DNA of 64,000 bases. It comes from Bacteroidales bacterium (GTDB lineage: Bacteria; Bacteroidota; Bacteroidia; Bacteroidales; VadinHA17). Positions 37,245 through 46,467 of the stretch are shown piece by piece. A program made the translations under genes and the position numbers. The notes below the pieces were generated by a model. The model worked only from the letters and a program-made list of their open reading frames with translations. It had not been told where the DNA came from and did not search any database. Location: assembly GCA_021738535.1 (NCBI GenBank), contig JAIPBU010000006.1, positions 26,068 to 90,067 of the forward strand. The letters run 5' to 3'. Each line of letters begins with the position of its first letter. Within the stretch, counting starts at the first letter, position 1.

Positions 37245-38246
37245 ATGAAAAAGAAAATAATTAATTTCTTGTTTTATGCAATCACAATTTCTCTCCTGCT
37301 ATCCTGTAACCCGCAGACTGCAGTAGATACAGAAAAGGCTGAACAGCCAAAAGAATGGGCCCTTGTTATTCATGGAGGAGCAGGAGTTATTACCCGTGAT
37401 CTTATGACTTCAGAGCGCGACAGCGCATACCGGTCCGTACTCAGAGCGGCTCTTAAAAAAGGGGAAAGCGTACTTGCACAGAGAGGAACTGCTATTGATG
37501 CAGTGGAGCAGACCATACATATAATGGAAAACTCTCCTCTTTTTAATGCAGGCAGGGGAGCAGTATTCACAAGTGAAGGTACCAATGAAATGGACGCTGC
37601 CATTATGAATGGATCAGATTTAAATGCCGGCTCTGTAGCAGGAATTACAGGCATTAAAAATCCAATAAGTGCAGCCAGGGCAGTAATGGAAGAATCCGTC
37701 CATGTAATGCTCTCGGGTAAGGGAGCCTTTGAATTTGCTGCGGCGCAGGGACTTGAACAGGTTGAGCCTTCATATTTTTACACCGACAGGCGCTACAAAC
37801 AGCTGACTGAAGCCGTTAACAATGAAAAGAATGGCACGGTTGGATGCTGTGCCCTTGACAAAGATGGCAATCTTGCTGCCGCAACCTCAACGGGAGGAAT
37901 GACAAATAAAAAATACAACAGGATAGGTGATGCCCCGGTTATTGGAGCGGGCACGTATGCCAATAATGCCACCTGCGCGGTATCAGCAACAGGGCATGGT
38001 GAGTATTTTATCCGCTGGACGGTAGCTCATGATATTTCAGCACTGATGGAATACAGGGATCTAAGCCTTCAGGAAGCAGCCAGGCTTGTAATTAATGATA
38101 AGCTTGTAAAAGCCGGCGGCAACGGAGGAGTAATAGCCGTGGATAATATGGGAAATATAAGTATGCCTTTCAATTCTGAAGGTATGTTCAGGGGATACAG
38201 AGACTCTGAAGGAAACAGCGGGGTTTTTATCTATGAGGATGAGTAA
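37245..38246 (+). CDS. iaaA: Isoaspartyl peptidase / L-asparaginase (Ntn hydrolase), lipoprotein form
   Basis: HGGAG, NAGRGAVFT, and the autocleavage site GTVGCCALDKDGNLAAATSTGGM, GDAPVIGAGTYAN. I prefer the ATG at 37245 (MKKKIINF...LLSC). Confidence 0.9.
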   Translation: MKKKIINFLFYAITISLLLSCNPQTAVDTEKAEQPKEWALVIHGGAGVITRDLMTSERDSAYRSVLRAALKKGESVLAQRGTAIDAVEQTIHIMENSPLFNAGRGAVFTSEGTNEMDAAIMNGSDLNAGSVAGITGIKNPISAARAVMEESVHVMLSGKGAFEFAAAQGLEQVEPSYFYTDRRYKQLTEAVNNEKNGTVGCCALDKDGNLAAATSTGGMTNKKYNRIGDAPVIGAGTYANNATCAVSATGHGEYFIRWTVAHDISALMEYRDLSLQEAARLVINDKLVKAGGNGGVIAVDNMGNISMPFNSEGMFRGYRDSEGNSGVFIYEDE

Positions 38247-40733
38247 TTACAAATCCAGTTCAACAACAGTGATTCCGGAGCCACCGGCATCAACATGTTC
38301 ATCATAATAGTCTCTTACGAGATCAACTGTAGACAGGTATTCCCGTATCAGCTGTCTTAATATGCCATTCCCTTTGCCGTGGAGTATCCTCAGTGTAGGG
38401 TACTGAACCATTATTGCTTCGTCAATAAATTCGCGTACAACTCCCAGGGCTGCCTCTGCACGCAATCCCCTCACGTCCTTATCCGGACTGAAACGAGTAC
38501 GCCTGCGCGTTATATCCCAGTCGAGCCTTGAATTTGAGGAAGGTTTCACTGAGGATGACGAAATTTCTCCTTCTGAGGCACGTCGAACCTTTGAGGCACT
38601 GACTGTTGTCTTAATATTCCCAAAAGCAATAGCTATCTTATTCCTGTCCACCGATATCACTTCACCTACTTTAGCACTGCCCTCCATGATAACTTTCTCT
38701 CCCTCCCTAAGTGGCCCTTTTGCTTTGACAGTAGGCTTCTTTTTTACCTTGTTTTCACGCGGTATTTCTATTCTGACTTTTTTACGCTTTTCTCTCAGGG
38801 CAGCATTACCTGAAGCTACCTTTTTGTCCACGCCTTCTTCTTTCCTGGCTATACCTTCCCTCAGTTTATCCAGCTTCCGCCGGGACTCAAGGGTTTTCTC
38901 CCTTTCTGCCTGGGCCTCCTTTATCTGACGAATTGTATTTTCAACCGTTTTATTTGCTTCATCAAGTATCGTTTCTGCCTCCTTTTTGGCCCTTTTTATT
39001 ATTTCTTTACGTTCATTCTTTAATTCTGATATCTCTTTTTCATAACTACTCACAAGGTCATCAAGCTTTTTACTCTCAATGCGTATATTTTGTCTTTTCC
39101 TGTCCCAATATCTTTTGTCCCTCAATACATCCTTAAGATGCTTATCAAAATTGATGTGCTCTTCTCCAACCTTCTCCGATGACAGATTAAGAATATTTTC
39201 AGGCAGACCTATTCTTCGCGCTATCTCAAAAGCAAATGAACTTCCCGGTTTCCCGATTTCGAGTTTAAATAGAGGCTCCATGCGATGATTGTCAAACATC
39301 ATAGCACCGTTAACTATTCCTTCTTCAGATGAAGCGTAATGCTTCAGACTTGTGTAGTGGGTTGTCATAACACCAAATACACCTAAACGATTCAGTTCTC
39401 CGAGTATAGCCTCTGCAATTGCTCCACCCAGCATTGGCTCTGTACCTGTTCCGAATTCGTCAATCAGCACAAGAGTGCTTGCATCGGAATTCTTCAGGAA
39501 ATACTTCATATTTACAAGGTGCGAACTGTAAGTACTGAGATCATTCTCAATACTCTGTTCATCACCAATATTAATAAAGACCTTATTAAATATGCCGAAT
39601 TCCGAACCCTGTCTTACAGGAACGGTAAAGCCACATTGCATCATATATTGCAACAAGCCTACAGTTGTCAGGCAAACTGATTTTCCTCCTGCATTTGGTC
39701 CGGATATCAGTAAAATTCTTTGCTCCTCACTCAAGGCAATATCGAGAGGAACAACCTCCCTGCCAGGCACTTCTTCAAATGCCAGTTTTAAGAGAGGATG
39801 AACTGCTTCACTCCACTTTATTACCGGAGCGTCATTAATAACTGGTTTTATTGATCCCAGTCGTCGGCCAAGGCTTGCTTTGGCCCTTATCAGATCTATC
39901 TCCCCCATAATATCATATGACACCAGCAACTCATCCACATAGGGTCTTACACTGTCAGCAAAACCAACCAGTATTTTAATTATTTCTCTCTTTTCGGCAT
40001 ATTCAAGCTCAACAATCTGGTTATTAATATTAACGATCTCAGCCGGTTCAATATATACTGTTTTACCACTTGCAGACTGATCATGTACCAGTCCGCTTAT
40101 TTTGTTCTTATCATAAACATTAACCGGAATCACGCCTCTCCCATTTCTTATGGCCACGGATATTCCCTGTTCAACAATTCCTTCTTTCTGAGCTTTCTTC
40201 AATACCGCCTGCATTTTCCGGCTTACCTGGGCACTTGCTTTGCCAAGTTCTCTGCGAACATCCGCTAATTCAGGTGAAGCATTATCCTTTATACTCCCCT
40301 CTTTGGTCATGATGCGGTTAACAGACTCAATAACAAGGGGGTAAGCTCTTATCCCCCTGCTTAATGCAAACAGCTCAGGAAAATCTTCATTCCTGCTGTC
40401 AGTAGTAAAAAAACCATATATGCTCTTAAGGGTATTAAGTGATCGTTTAAGGTCAAAAATTTCATTAACCTCAGGAGCAGAACCCTCAACTCTTATCTTC
40501 TCCAGAACCGGGCGAAGATCATAAAAATGGTCAAGAGGAAATGCAAGATCAAGCTCTATAATCTTCTGAAACTCTGAAGTCAGGCTCAATAATTTATCTA
40601 CCTCATCAGTATTTGCGGAAAAAGAAATCATTGAAGCCTTATCACGCCCGATTTGCGAAAGACAAAGATCAGTAATTTTTTCCCTTATGCGGTCAAATCC
40701 AACTTTTTTCTCAAACTCATTCGGATAGATCAT
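38247..40733 (-). CDS. mutS2: Endonuclease MutS2 (MutS domain V ATPase + C-terminal Smr)
   Basis: Walker A GPNAGGKS, DEFGTGTEP, a long coiled region, and a C-terminal Smr domain (DVRGLRAEAA...LRILHGKGNGILR). 828 aa. Confidence 0.95.
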   Translation of the reverse strand: MIYPNEFEKKVGFDRIREKITDLCLSQIGRDKASMISFSANTDEVDKLLSLTSEFQKIIELDLAFPLDHFYDLRPVLEKIRVEGSAPEVNEIFDLKRSLNTLKSIYGFFTTDSRNEDFPELFALSRGIRAYPLVIESVNRIMTKEGSIKDNASPELADVRRELGKASAQVSRKMQAVLKKAQKEGIVEQGISVAIRNGRGVIPVNVYDKNKISGLVHDQSASGKTVYIEPAEIVNINNQIVELEYAEKREIIKILVGFADSVRPYVDELLVSYDIMGEIDLIRAKASLGRRLGSIKPVINDAPVIKWSEAVHPLLKLAFEEVPGREVVPLDIALSEEQRILLISGPNAGGKSVCLTTVGLLQYMMQCGFTVPVRQGSEFGIFNKVFINIGDEQSIENDLSTYSSHLVNMKYFLKNSDASTLVLIDEFGTGTEPMLGGAIAEAILGELNRLGVFGVMTTHYTSLKHYASSEEGIVNGAMMFDNHRMEPLFKLEIGKPGSSFAFEIARRIGLPENILNLSSEKVGEEHINFDKHLKDVLRDKRYWDRKRQNIRIESKKLDDLVSSYEKEISELKNERKEIIKRAKKEAETILDEANKTVENTIRQIKEAQAEREKTLESRRKLDKLREGIARKEEGVDKKVASGNAALREKRKKVRIEIPRENKVKKKPTVKAKGPLREGEKVIMEGSAKVGEVISVDRNKIAIAFGNIKTTVSASKVRRASEGEISSSSVKPSSNSRLDWDITRRRTRFSPDKDVRGLRAEAALGVVREFIDEAIMVQYPTLRILHGKGNGILRQLIREYLSTVDLVRDYYDEHVDAGGSGITVVELDL

Positions 40734-40863
40734 TCCTGGTTTATGTTTATTATCGCGACAAATGTAAAGTTAATAAATGTTAAATCATATAAACATAGAC
40801 CTGCAGGTACTATTAATTATTAAATTTGATGACTATCCAAATAATAAAACAAAACATATAAAG

Positions 40864-42411
40864 ATGAATAGAAGGTACTTATTATTGATTGCATCCCTGT
40901 TATTTGTTTTTAACCAGGCAGCAATATCACAGGATGAAAATGTTGACCTGGAATTTATATACCAGGTAAAACAGGAAGGTTTCAAGAACTCGGATATTAA
41001 AGATTTATCATTCTGGATGACTGACTATACCGGGGGACGACTGACAGGATCAAATGCGAAACACAGGGCTGATGAATGGGTAAGCAAGAGGATGAAGGAA
41101 TACGGCCTGGATAATGTAAGAATTGAAGATGCACGACCGTTTGAGAGGGGCGGATGGGAAAACAATAAAACCTACATTGCCATGACAAAGCCCTATTACA
41201 GCAATTTAATGGCTAACCCAAAAGCATGGACTGCAGGAACACGAGGCGCGGTAAAAGGAACACCCGTCCTTTTTGATATAAATGAGGAAAGTGATTTTGA
41301 GCAATATAAAGGTAAGCTTAAAGGGAAAATTGTAATCATGCCTTCGACTTCTGAATACGAGGTTGATTTTGACCCCCTTGCCGAAAGAAGGTCTGATGAA
41401 GAACTTAACAACCTGGAAAATGTCAGTTACGCAGGCCGCCGGGGTAGATATGGTAATTTTGACATTGAGGCATACAGGAAAAGAATGATGTTAAGGAGAA
41501 AGGCGACCGATTTTCTGAAAGAGGAAAAAGTAGCCATCATTCTTACTTCAAGCGGTGAATTCAATGTACCACGTTCAAGCGGAGCACGATACAGCCAGGG
41601 TGAGGAGAAGCCTGTAGCAGAACTATACCTTCCCCTTGAGGCACATGGAAGAATACTCAGACTGCTTGAGCATGATGTAAACGTGGAGCTGGAAGTTGAT
41701 GTTAGTAACAGTTTTTATGATAGTCCGAAGGTAACCAATGTCATTGGCGAAATTGAAGGTACTGATCCACAGTTAAAAGATGAAGTTGTACTGATAGGAG
41801 GTCACTGGGATTCATGGCACGGTGGAACAGGTGCTGCCGATAATGCTTCAGGTTGTATTGTAATGATGGAAGCTATGCGGATATTAAAATCGCTTGATGT
41901 AAAGCCAAGGAGAACAATAAGGATTGCACTTTGGGGAGGAGAAGAACAGGGCCTGCACGGATCAAGGGGCTATGTGGAGAAGTATATAAGAGACCAGGAT
42001 GGAAATATGCTGGACGGATATGATAAGTTTACCGTGTATTTTAATATGGATAACGGCACAGGTAAATTCAGGGGTATATACCTGCAGGAAAATGATATGG
42101 TTAAGCCTGTTTTTGAATCATGGCTGAAACCTTTTGAGGATATGGGATGCTCCACAGTGACACTTAGAAATACAAGCGGAACTGATCATCTCGCCTTTGA
42201 TGCGCTTGGCCTCCCGGCTTTCCAGTTTATTCAGGATATGATTGAGTACGGAAGAGGCTACCATACAGTTATGGATACTTACGAGAGATTACTGATGGAT
42301 GATCTGAAACATAATGCTGTTGTAGTGGCATCCCTCGCATACAATGCTGCAATGAGGGATCATCAGCTACCACGGAAGCCATTTAAGGAAACAGACGGGA
42401 GAAGGAGATAG
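40864..42411 (+). CDS. M28-family peptidase (secreted)
   Basis: Signal peptide from the ATG at 40864; PA-domain-like insert; M28 motifs GGHWDSWH, ADNASG, GGEEQGLHGS, NMDNG. Confidence 0.85.
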   Translation: MNRRYLLLIASLLFVFNQAAISQDENVDLEFIYQVKQEGFKNSDIKDLSFWMTDYTGGRLTGSNAKHRADEWVSKRMKEYGLDNVRIEDARPFERGGWENNKTYIAMTKPYYSNLMANPKAWTAGTRGAVKGTPVLFDINEESDFEQYKGKLKGKIVIMPSTSEYEVDFDPLAERRSDEELNNLENVSYAGRRGRYGNFDIEAYRKRMMLRRKATDFLKEEKVAIILTSSGEFNVPRSSGARYSQGEEKPVAELYLPLEAHGRILRLLEHDVNVELEVDVSNSFYDSPKVTNVIGEIEGTDPQLKDEVVLIGGHWDSWHGGTGAADNASGCIVMMEAMRILKSLDVKPRRTIRIALWGGEEQGLHGSRGYVEKYIRDQDGNMLDGYDKFTVYFNMDNGTGKFRGIYLQENDMVKPVFESWLKPFEDMGCSTVTLRNTSGTDHLAFDALGLPAFQFIQDMIEYGRGYHTVMDTYERLLMDDLKHNAVVVASLAYNAAMRDHQLPRKPFKETDGRRR

Positions 42412-42482
42412 GTAATTCTGCAGTTTTGTTAAATTTGTCTCATTGAAAATACTTTCCTGTTCTCTAACTTATCTTATTTACC

Positions 42483-44369
42483 ATGAGACAAATTGCTGCT
42501 GTTTTAATTTACTTACTGCTTTTCACATCCTTAGTTGGCCAGGATAAAAAGAAATACGATATTCCTCTTTCATACTCCAACATTGCATATGATGATGATG
42601 ACCGCCTTTTTATAGAGGTCTCAGGGACAAAGATATACGAGGAAAAGTCGGAACCATTCATTTCAATTGAAAATATTGCAGGCCGGCCGGAAGGAACAGA
42701 TGAGGGTATATTGTTTGATTTTTCTGCTCCGGGATTCGATGGAATTATGTATTACGGCTTCATTCCTTACGGTGATTCAAAGCATCCACATCCTGTCTAC
42801 TTCAGATCAGCTGCCAGAATAAATAATGGGAAAGCATTTATTGAAATAGCCAAAACACTCAGTGGCCGGTATGATATGGTAGACTGGGAAGAAAATGAAA
42901 AAGGCACCATTGGATACAGGATAATAAATGACAAAGGGAATTTCCTATATGACGGAATAGTCAGCTTCAGGGGTAAAGGCCCTTTTAAAGTTGTGCCAAC
43001 TATCACTGAGGGCCCTTTTGTTAACCTACTGACACACAAGGATGTAACTATATCATTCACAACAAACACCAAAATCCGCCCCAGTGTGGAAGTCAATGGG
43101 CAGAAATTCAGAGGAACAAGGGGAACCAGGCATGAGATAAAAGTTGATGGGCTTGATCCTGATACTGAGTATAAGTACAGCATAAATTATGCTGATAATA
43201 ACCAGACATATAGTTTCAAAACAGCTCCACTGCCAGGATCAGGAACATCTTTTACTTTTGCTTATGCCTCTGACTCACGGAGTGGTAATGGTGGTGGAGA
43301 AAGGGATATCTACGGCGCCAATTTCTACATTATGAAAAAGATAATGGCACTGGCCCGATATAATGATGTCTCCTTCTTTCAGTTCACAGGCGATCTTGTT
43401 AACGGCTACCAGCAATGGGCAGAGCATATCAACCTGGAATATGCAAACTGGAAAAGGGCTGTGCAACCTTTTGGTGCTTATTTTCCCGTTTATGTTGGCA
43501 TGGGTAACCATGAAGCACTGATGAGGGTGTTTTCAACAAAAGACAGGTGGAATATTTCGATTGACCGTTTCCCGTTTGAAACACAATCATCAGAAGCTGT
43601 TTTCAATGAAAACTTTGTGATGCCTCAAAACGGACCTGATTCCGAAGACGGAGCATATTATGATCCTTCTGAAAACAGTATTGATTTTCCTTCCTATAAA
43701 GAGAATGTATTTTATTATACCTATGATAATGTTGCTATGGTGGTGCTCAACTCTGACTATTTTTATGCACCCAGTACCAACATGATCAGATACAGCAGTG
43801 GAGGATTGCATGGTTATATTATGAACAGGCAGCTTGAATGGTTTAAAGAAACAATACTGACGCTTGAGGCTAATCCGGATATAGATCATATTTTTGTAAC
43901 CCAGCATACACCTTGTTTCCCAAACGGTGGACACGTACAGGATGATATGTGGTACAATGGCAATAATGACTATCGACCATATGTTGCTGGTATGTCACTG
44001 GAGAAAGGTATTATTGAGAGAAGGGATGAACTTTTAGATATCATGGTAAATAAAAGCTCCAAGGTAGTAGCAATACTTACAGGTGACGAACACAACTATT
44101 CAAGGACGGAAGTCAGCCCGGAAATGGAGCGCTATCCTGATATATACCTGCCGGAAAAAATTGAACTTACCCGTACCATTTACCAGATCAACAACGGTGC
44201 TGCCGGTGCTCCTTATTACGCGCAGGAAGAAACTCCCTGGACTCCCTGGGTAAGTGGTTTTACAACACAAAATGCACTTGTTCTTTTCCACGTAACCGGG
44301 AAAAATATTGACATGGAAGTGATTAATCCCGACACACTTGAAGAGGTTGACAGGCTTAAGATCAGGTAA
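42483..44369 (+). CDS. Calcineurin-like metallophosphoesterase with an N-terminal Fn3/purple-acid-phosphatase-like domain (secreted)
   Basis: Signal peptide. Metallophosphoesterase motifs: DSRSG, GDLVNG, GNHE, and TGDEHNY (GDxH). Confidence 0.8.
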   Translation: MRQIAAVLIYLLLFTSLVGQDKKKYDIPLSYSNIAYDDDDRLFIEVSGTKIYEEKSEPFISIENIAGRPEGTDEGILFDFSAPGFDGIMYYGFIPYGDSKHPHPVYFRSAARINNGKAFIEIAKTLSGRYDMVDWEENEKGTIGYRIINDKGNFLYDGIVSFRGKGPFKVVPTITEGPFVNLLTHKDVTISFTTNTKIRPSVEVNGQKFRGTRGTRHEIKVDGLDPDTEYKYSINYADNNQTYSFKTAPLPGSGTSFTFAYASDSRSGNGGGERDIYGANFYIMKKIMALARYNDVSFFQFTGDLVNGYQQWAEHINLEYANWKRAVQPFGAYFPVYVGMGNHEALMRVFSTKDRWNISIDRFPFETQSSEAVFNENFVMPQNGPDSEDGAYYDPSENSIDFPSYKENVFYYTYDNVAMVVLNSDYFYAPSTNMIRYSSGGLHGYIMNRQLEWFKETILTLEANPDIDHIFVTQHTPCFPNGGHVQDDMWYNGNNDYRPYVAGMSLEKGIIERRDELLDIMVNKSSKVVAILTGDEHNYSRTEVSPEMERYPDIYLPEKIELTRTIYQINNGAAGAPYYAQEETPWTPWVSGFTTQNALVLFHVTGKNIDMEVINPDTLEEVDRLKIR

Positions 44370-44435
44370 ACGCAGTTACAGGGATGAGAACATTAACCCC
44401 GGCTTCTTGTTATAATATTAAATTATTTCCCTGAG

Positions 44436-45338
44436 ATGATTATACCTGATAAGATAAAAGGATACGGATTTGCTTTTCTTGCAACAGTGTCCATGGCAAA
44501 TGTATATGTATTCAGTAAGGCAGCATTAAATGAACTTAACCTATACCAGTTTGGTTTCTATTGGTTTGGACTGGCAATTTTCTGGAACATACTTTATGCC
44601 GTCCCTACAGGGAAATGGAAAGCCATTAAGATTCTGGGCAAAAAAGAATACTGGTTATTGTTTATCCTCGGGATGATAGAATTATTCGGAACAATACTGT
44701 TCTTTTTATCCATTGAAAAAGCGGAAGACCCGGCAATAATGTCATTCCTCCAGAATCTTGTGCCCCTGTTTGTCATATTAATGGGAGTATCCATCCTGGG
44801 GGAAAGATTTACAGTACTGCAGTTTTCAGGTATGCTGATAACCCTTGCAGGAGCTGCTGTTACAAGCTTCACCGGCGATATAGCAGAAAAAGGCTTCTTT
44901 GTACCAGGTACAGGTTATATGCTGGCCTCAACCGTCTTCCTGGCAACAACAATGATTATCACCAGGAAGTATATAAAAAATCTTGATCCGGGAATTCTCG
45001 CCACTAACAGATCTGTTTATTTATTCCTCTCTGCACTGGCAGTAATACTTTTCACCGGAGAAACAATTAAGATATCACCTGAAGCACTTTTCAATGTCAG
45101 CTTCGGTTCACTTATAGGACCCTTCCTTACAGCTTTGTCAATGTACTCAGCCCTGAAATATATAGAAGCTTCCAAATCTACAATCATACAAAGCTCCAAA
45201 GGTATCTTTGTAACCATTGGAGCATGGATGTATTTTGAGACTATTCCTGAAAGTTTTCAGGTTATTGGGGGAATAATTACAATTATTGGTGTTGTAATAC
45301 TCATTACGGCAAGGGATTATGGAGTTAAGAGAAGCTAA
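44436..45338 (+). CDS. DMT-superfamily (EamA-like) transporter
   Basis: 300 aa and about 10 hydrophobic helices arranged as two 5-TM halves, typical of EamA duplication. Confidence 0.85.
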   Translation: MIIPDKIKGYGFAFLATVSMANVYVFSKAALNELNLYQFGFYWFGLAIFWNILYAVPTGKWKAIKILGKKEYWLLFILGMIELFGTILFFLSIEKAEDPAIMSFLQNLVPLFVILMGVSILGERFTVLQFSGMLITLAGAAVTSFTGDIAEKGFFVPGTGYMLASTVFLATTMIITRKYIKNLDPGILATNRSVYLFLSALAVILFTGETIKISPEALFNVSFGSLIGPFLTALSMYSALKYIEASKSTIIQSSKGIFVTIGAWMYFETIPESFQVIGGIITIIGVVILITARDYGVKRS

Positions 45339-45432
45339 GGTTCGTTATAGAAGGGATTACCTTAACACACCCACGCTTTGTCCGACGAAGCCCGAAGGGC
45401 GAAGTTGGAAGGGGTGAATAACAATAGCCCCG

Positions 45433-45496
45433 GTACCACCCGGGGATTGGACCACGCGGCGGGTGTACCACACGGGGATTGGCCGGTGTGGTAGGT
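45433..45496. repeat. Imperfect 32-nt tandem duplication inside a GC-rich intergenic island
   Basis: gtaccacccggggattgg (45433-45450) versus gtaccacacggggattgg (45465-45482), 17 of 18 identical. Each unit carries its own hairpin (45428-45445; 45466-45493). Confidence 0.85.
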
Positions 45497-45612
45497 GAAC
45501 CACCCTGGAGACGGCCATTGCGGCGGAAGGCGAATTTTAATGGAAACGATTTTACCGGTCTGGATAAATAATTCATATATTGTGAGCCTGCAATATTTAA
45601 ATTAGTTGTATT

Positions 45613-46278
45613 ATGTCCGGTAAGAAAAAAGAGAGATCACCCAAAGCTATACTTTTAGCTGAGAAACTATGGGACTATCATAAGCTCAACCATAAACTTA
45701 CAGAATCAGACTGCATAATGGCACTTGGCAGCCATGATCTCAGGGTGGCAGAGCGTGCTGTTGATCTTTATAAAGAAGGACTGGCTCCATGGATCGTTTT
45801 TTCAGGAGGACTCGGTAATTTTACCCGGGACAAATGGGATAAGCCAGAGGCAGACAGGTTTGCAGATCTTGCCATAAAGCTTGGTGTAAGACCTGGGGTT
45901 ATAATCAAAGAAAACAGATCTACTAATACCGGTGAGAATATCCGCTTCACAAAGGAGCTGTTAAAAAACCGGGGACTTGATTTTAAATCCTTCATCCTTA
46001 TTCAAAAGCCTTACATGGAAAGGAGAACCTGGGCCACCTTCAAAAAACAGTGGCCTGAAGCAAATATTAAAGTCAGTTCGCCACAAATAGGTTTCGAGGA
46101 TTATCCAACTTATGATATCCCCATGGATATGGTAATAAACATAATGGTTGGTGATCTTCAGAGGATAAAGATTTACCCCGCAAAAGGCTTCCAGGTAGAA
46201 CAGGATATACCGGATGATATTGAAAATGCATATAATGAGCTTATTGAAAAGGGATATACAGCTCACCTTATAAGGTAA
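45613..46278 (+). CDS. YdcF/DUF218 (ElyC/SanA-like) family protein
   Basis: Typical DUF218 core: IMALGSHD...VFSGG...E.......A...GV....I..E..S.NT.EN, IQKPYMERR. 221 aa. Confidence 0.85.
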   Translation: MSGKKKERSPKAILLAEKLWDYHKLNHKLTESDCIMALGSHDLRVAERAVDLYKEGLAPWIVFSGGLGNFTRDKWDKPEADRFADLAIKLGVRPGVIIKENRSTNTGENIRFTKELLKNRGLDFKSFILIQKPYMERRTWATFKKQWPEANIKVSSPQIGFEDYPTYDIPMDMVINIMVGDLQRIKIYPAKGFQVEQDIPDDIENAYNELIEKGYTAHLIR

Positions 46279-46467
46279 TTTAAGTATATTTGAATTATAT
46301 CAGTTGTCGGTGGATGAACGAAAAATCGTTATTTGATTGCCTGATTACTGATCCGGAAACTTTTTCTCTTCTGTTATTAGATGAGTAAGATAATAAGATG
46401 AAAAAAGAAATATCCAGTTAATGCATAAAGCAAATACATGCATGCAATAATATAATAGATAATAATA

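Noticed and set aside
38244-38249. Back-to-back stop codons (taatta) of iaaA and mutS2 with a zero-nt spacer
   Set aside because: This is just a tight convergent junction. There is no room for a terminator or element, and it is not unusual in compact genomes.
45325-45576. 83-aa minus-strand ORF covering the GC-rich island
   Set aside because: It is a Pro/Gly/Arg-rich low-complexity translation with internal repeats that simply mirror the DNA tandem repeat. No start context. It is better explained as a non-coding element and is reported as a finding instead.
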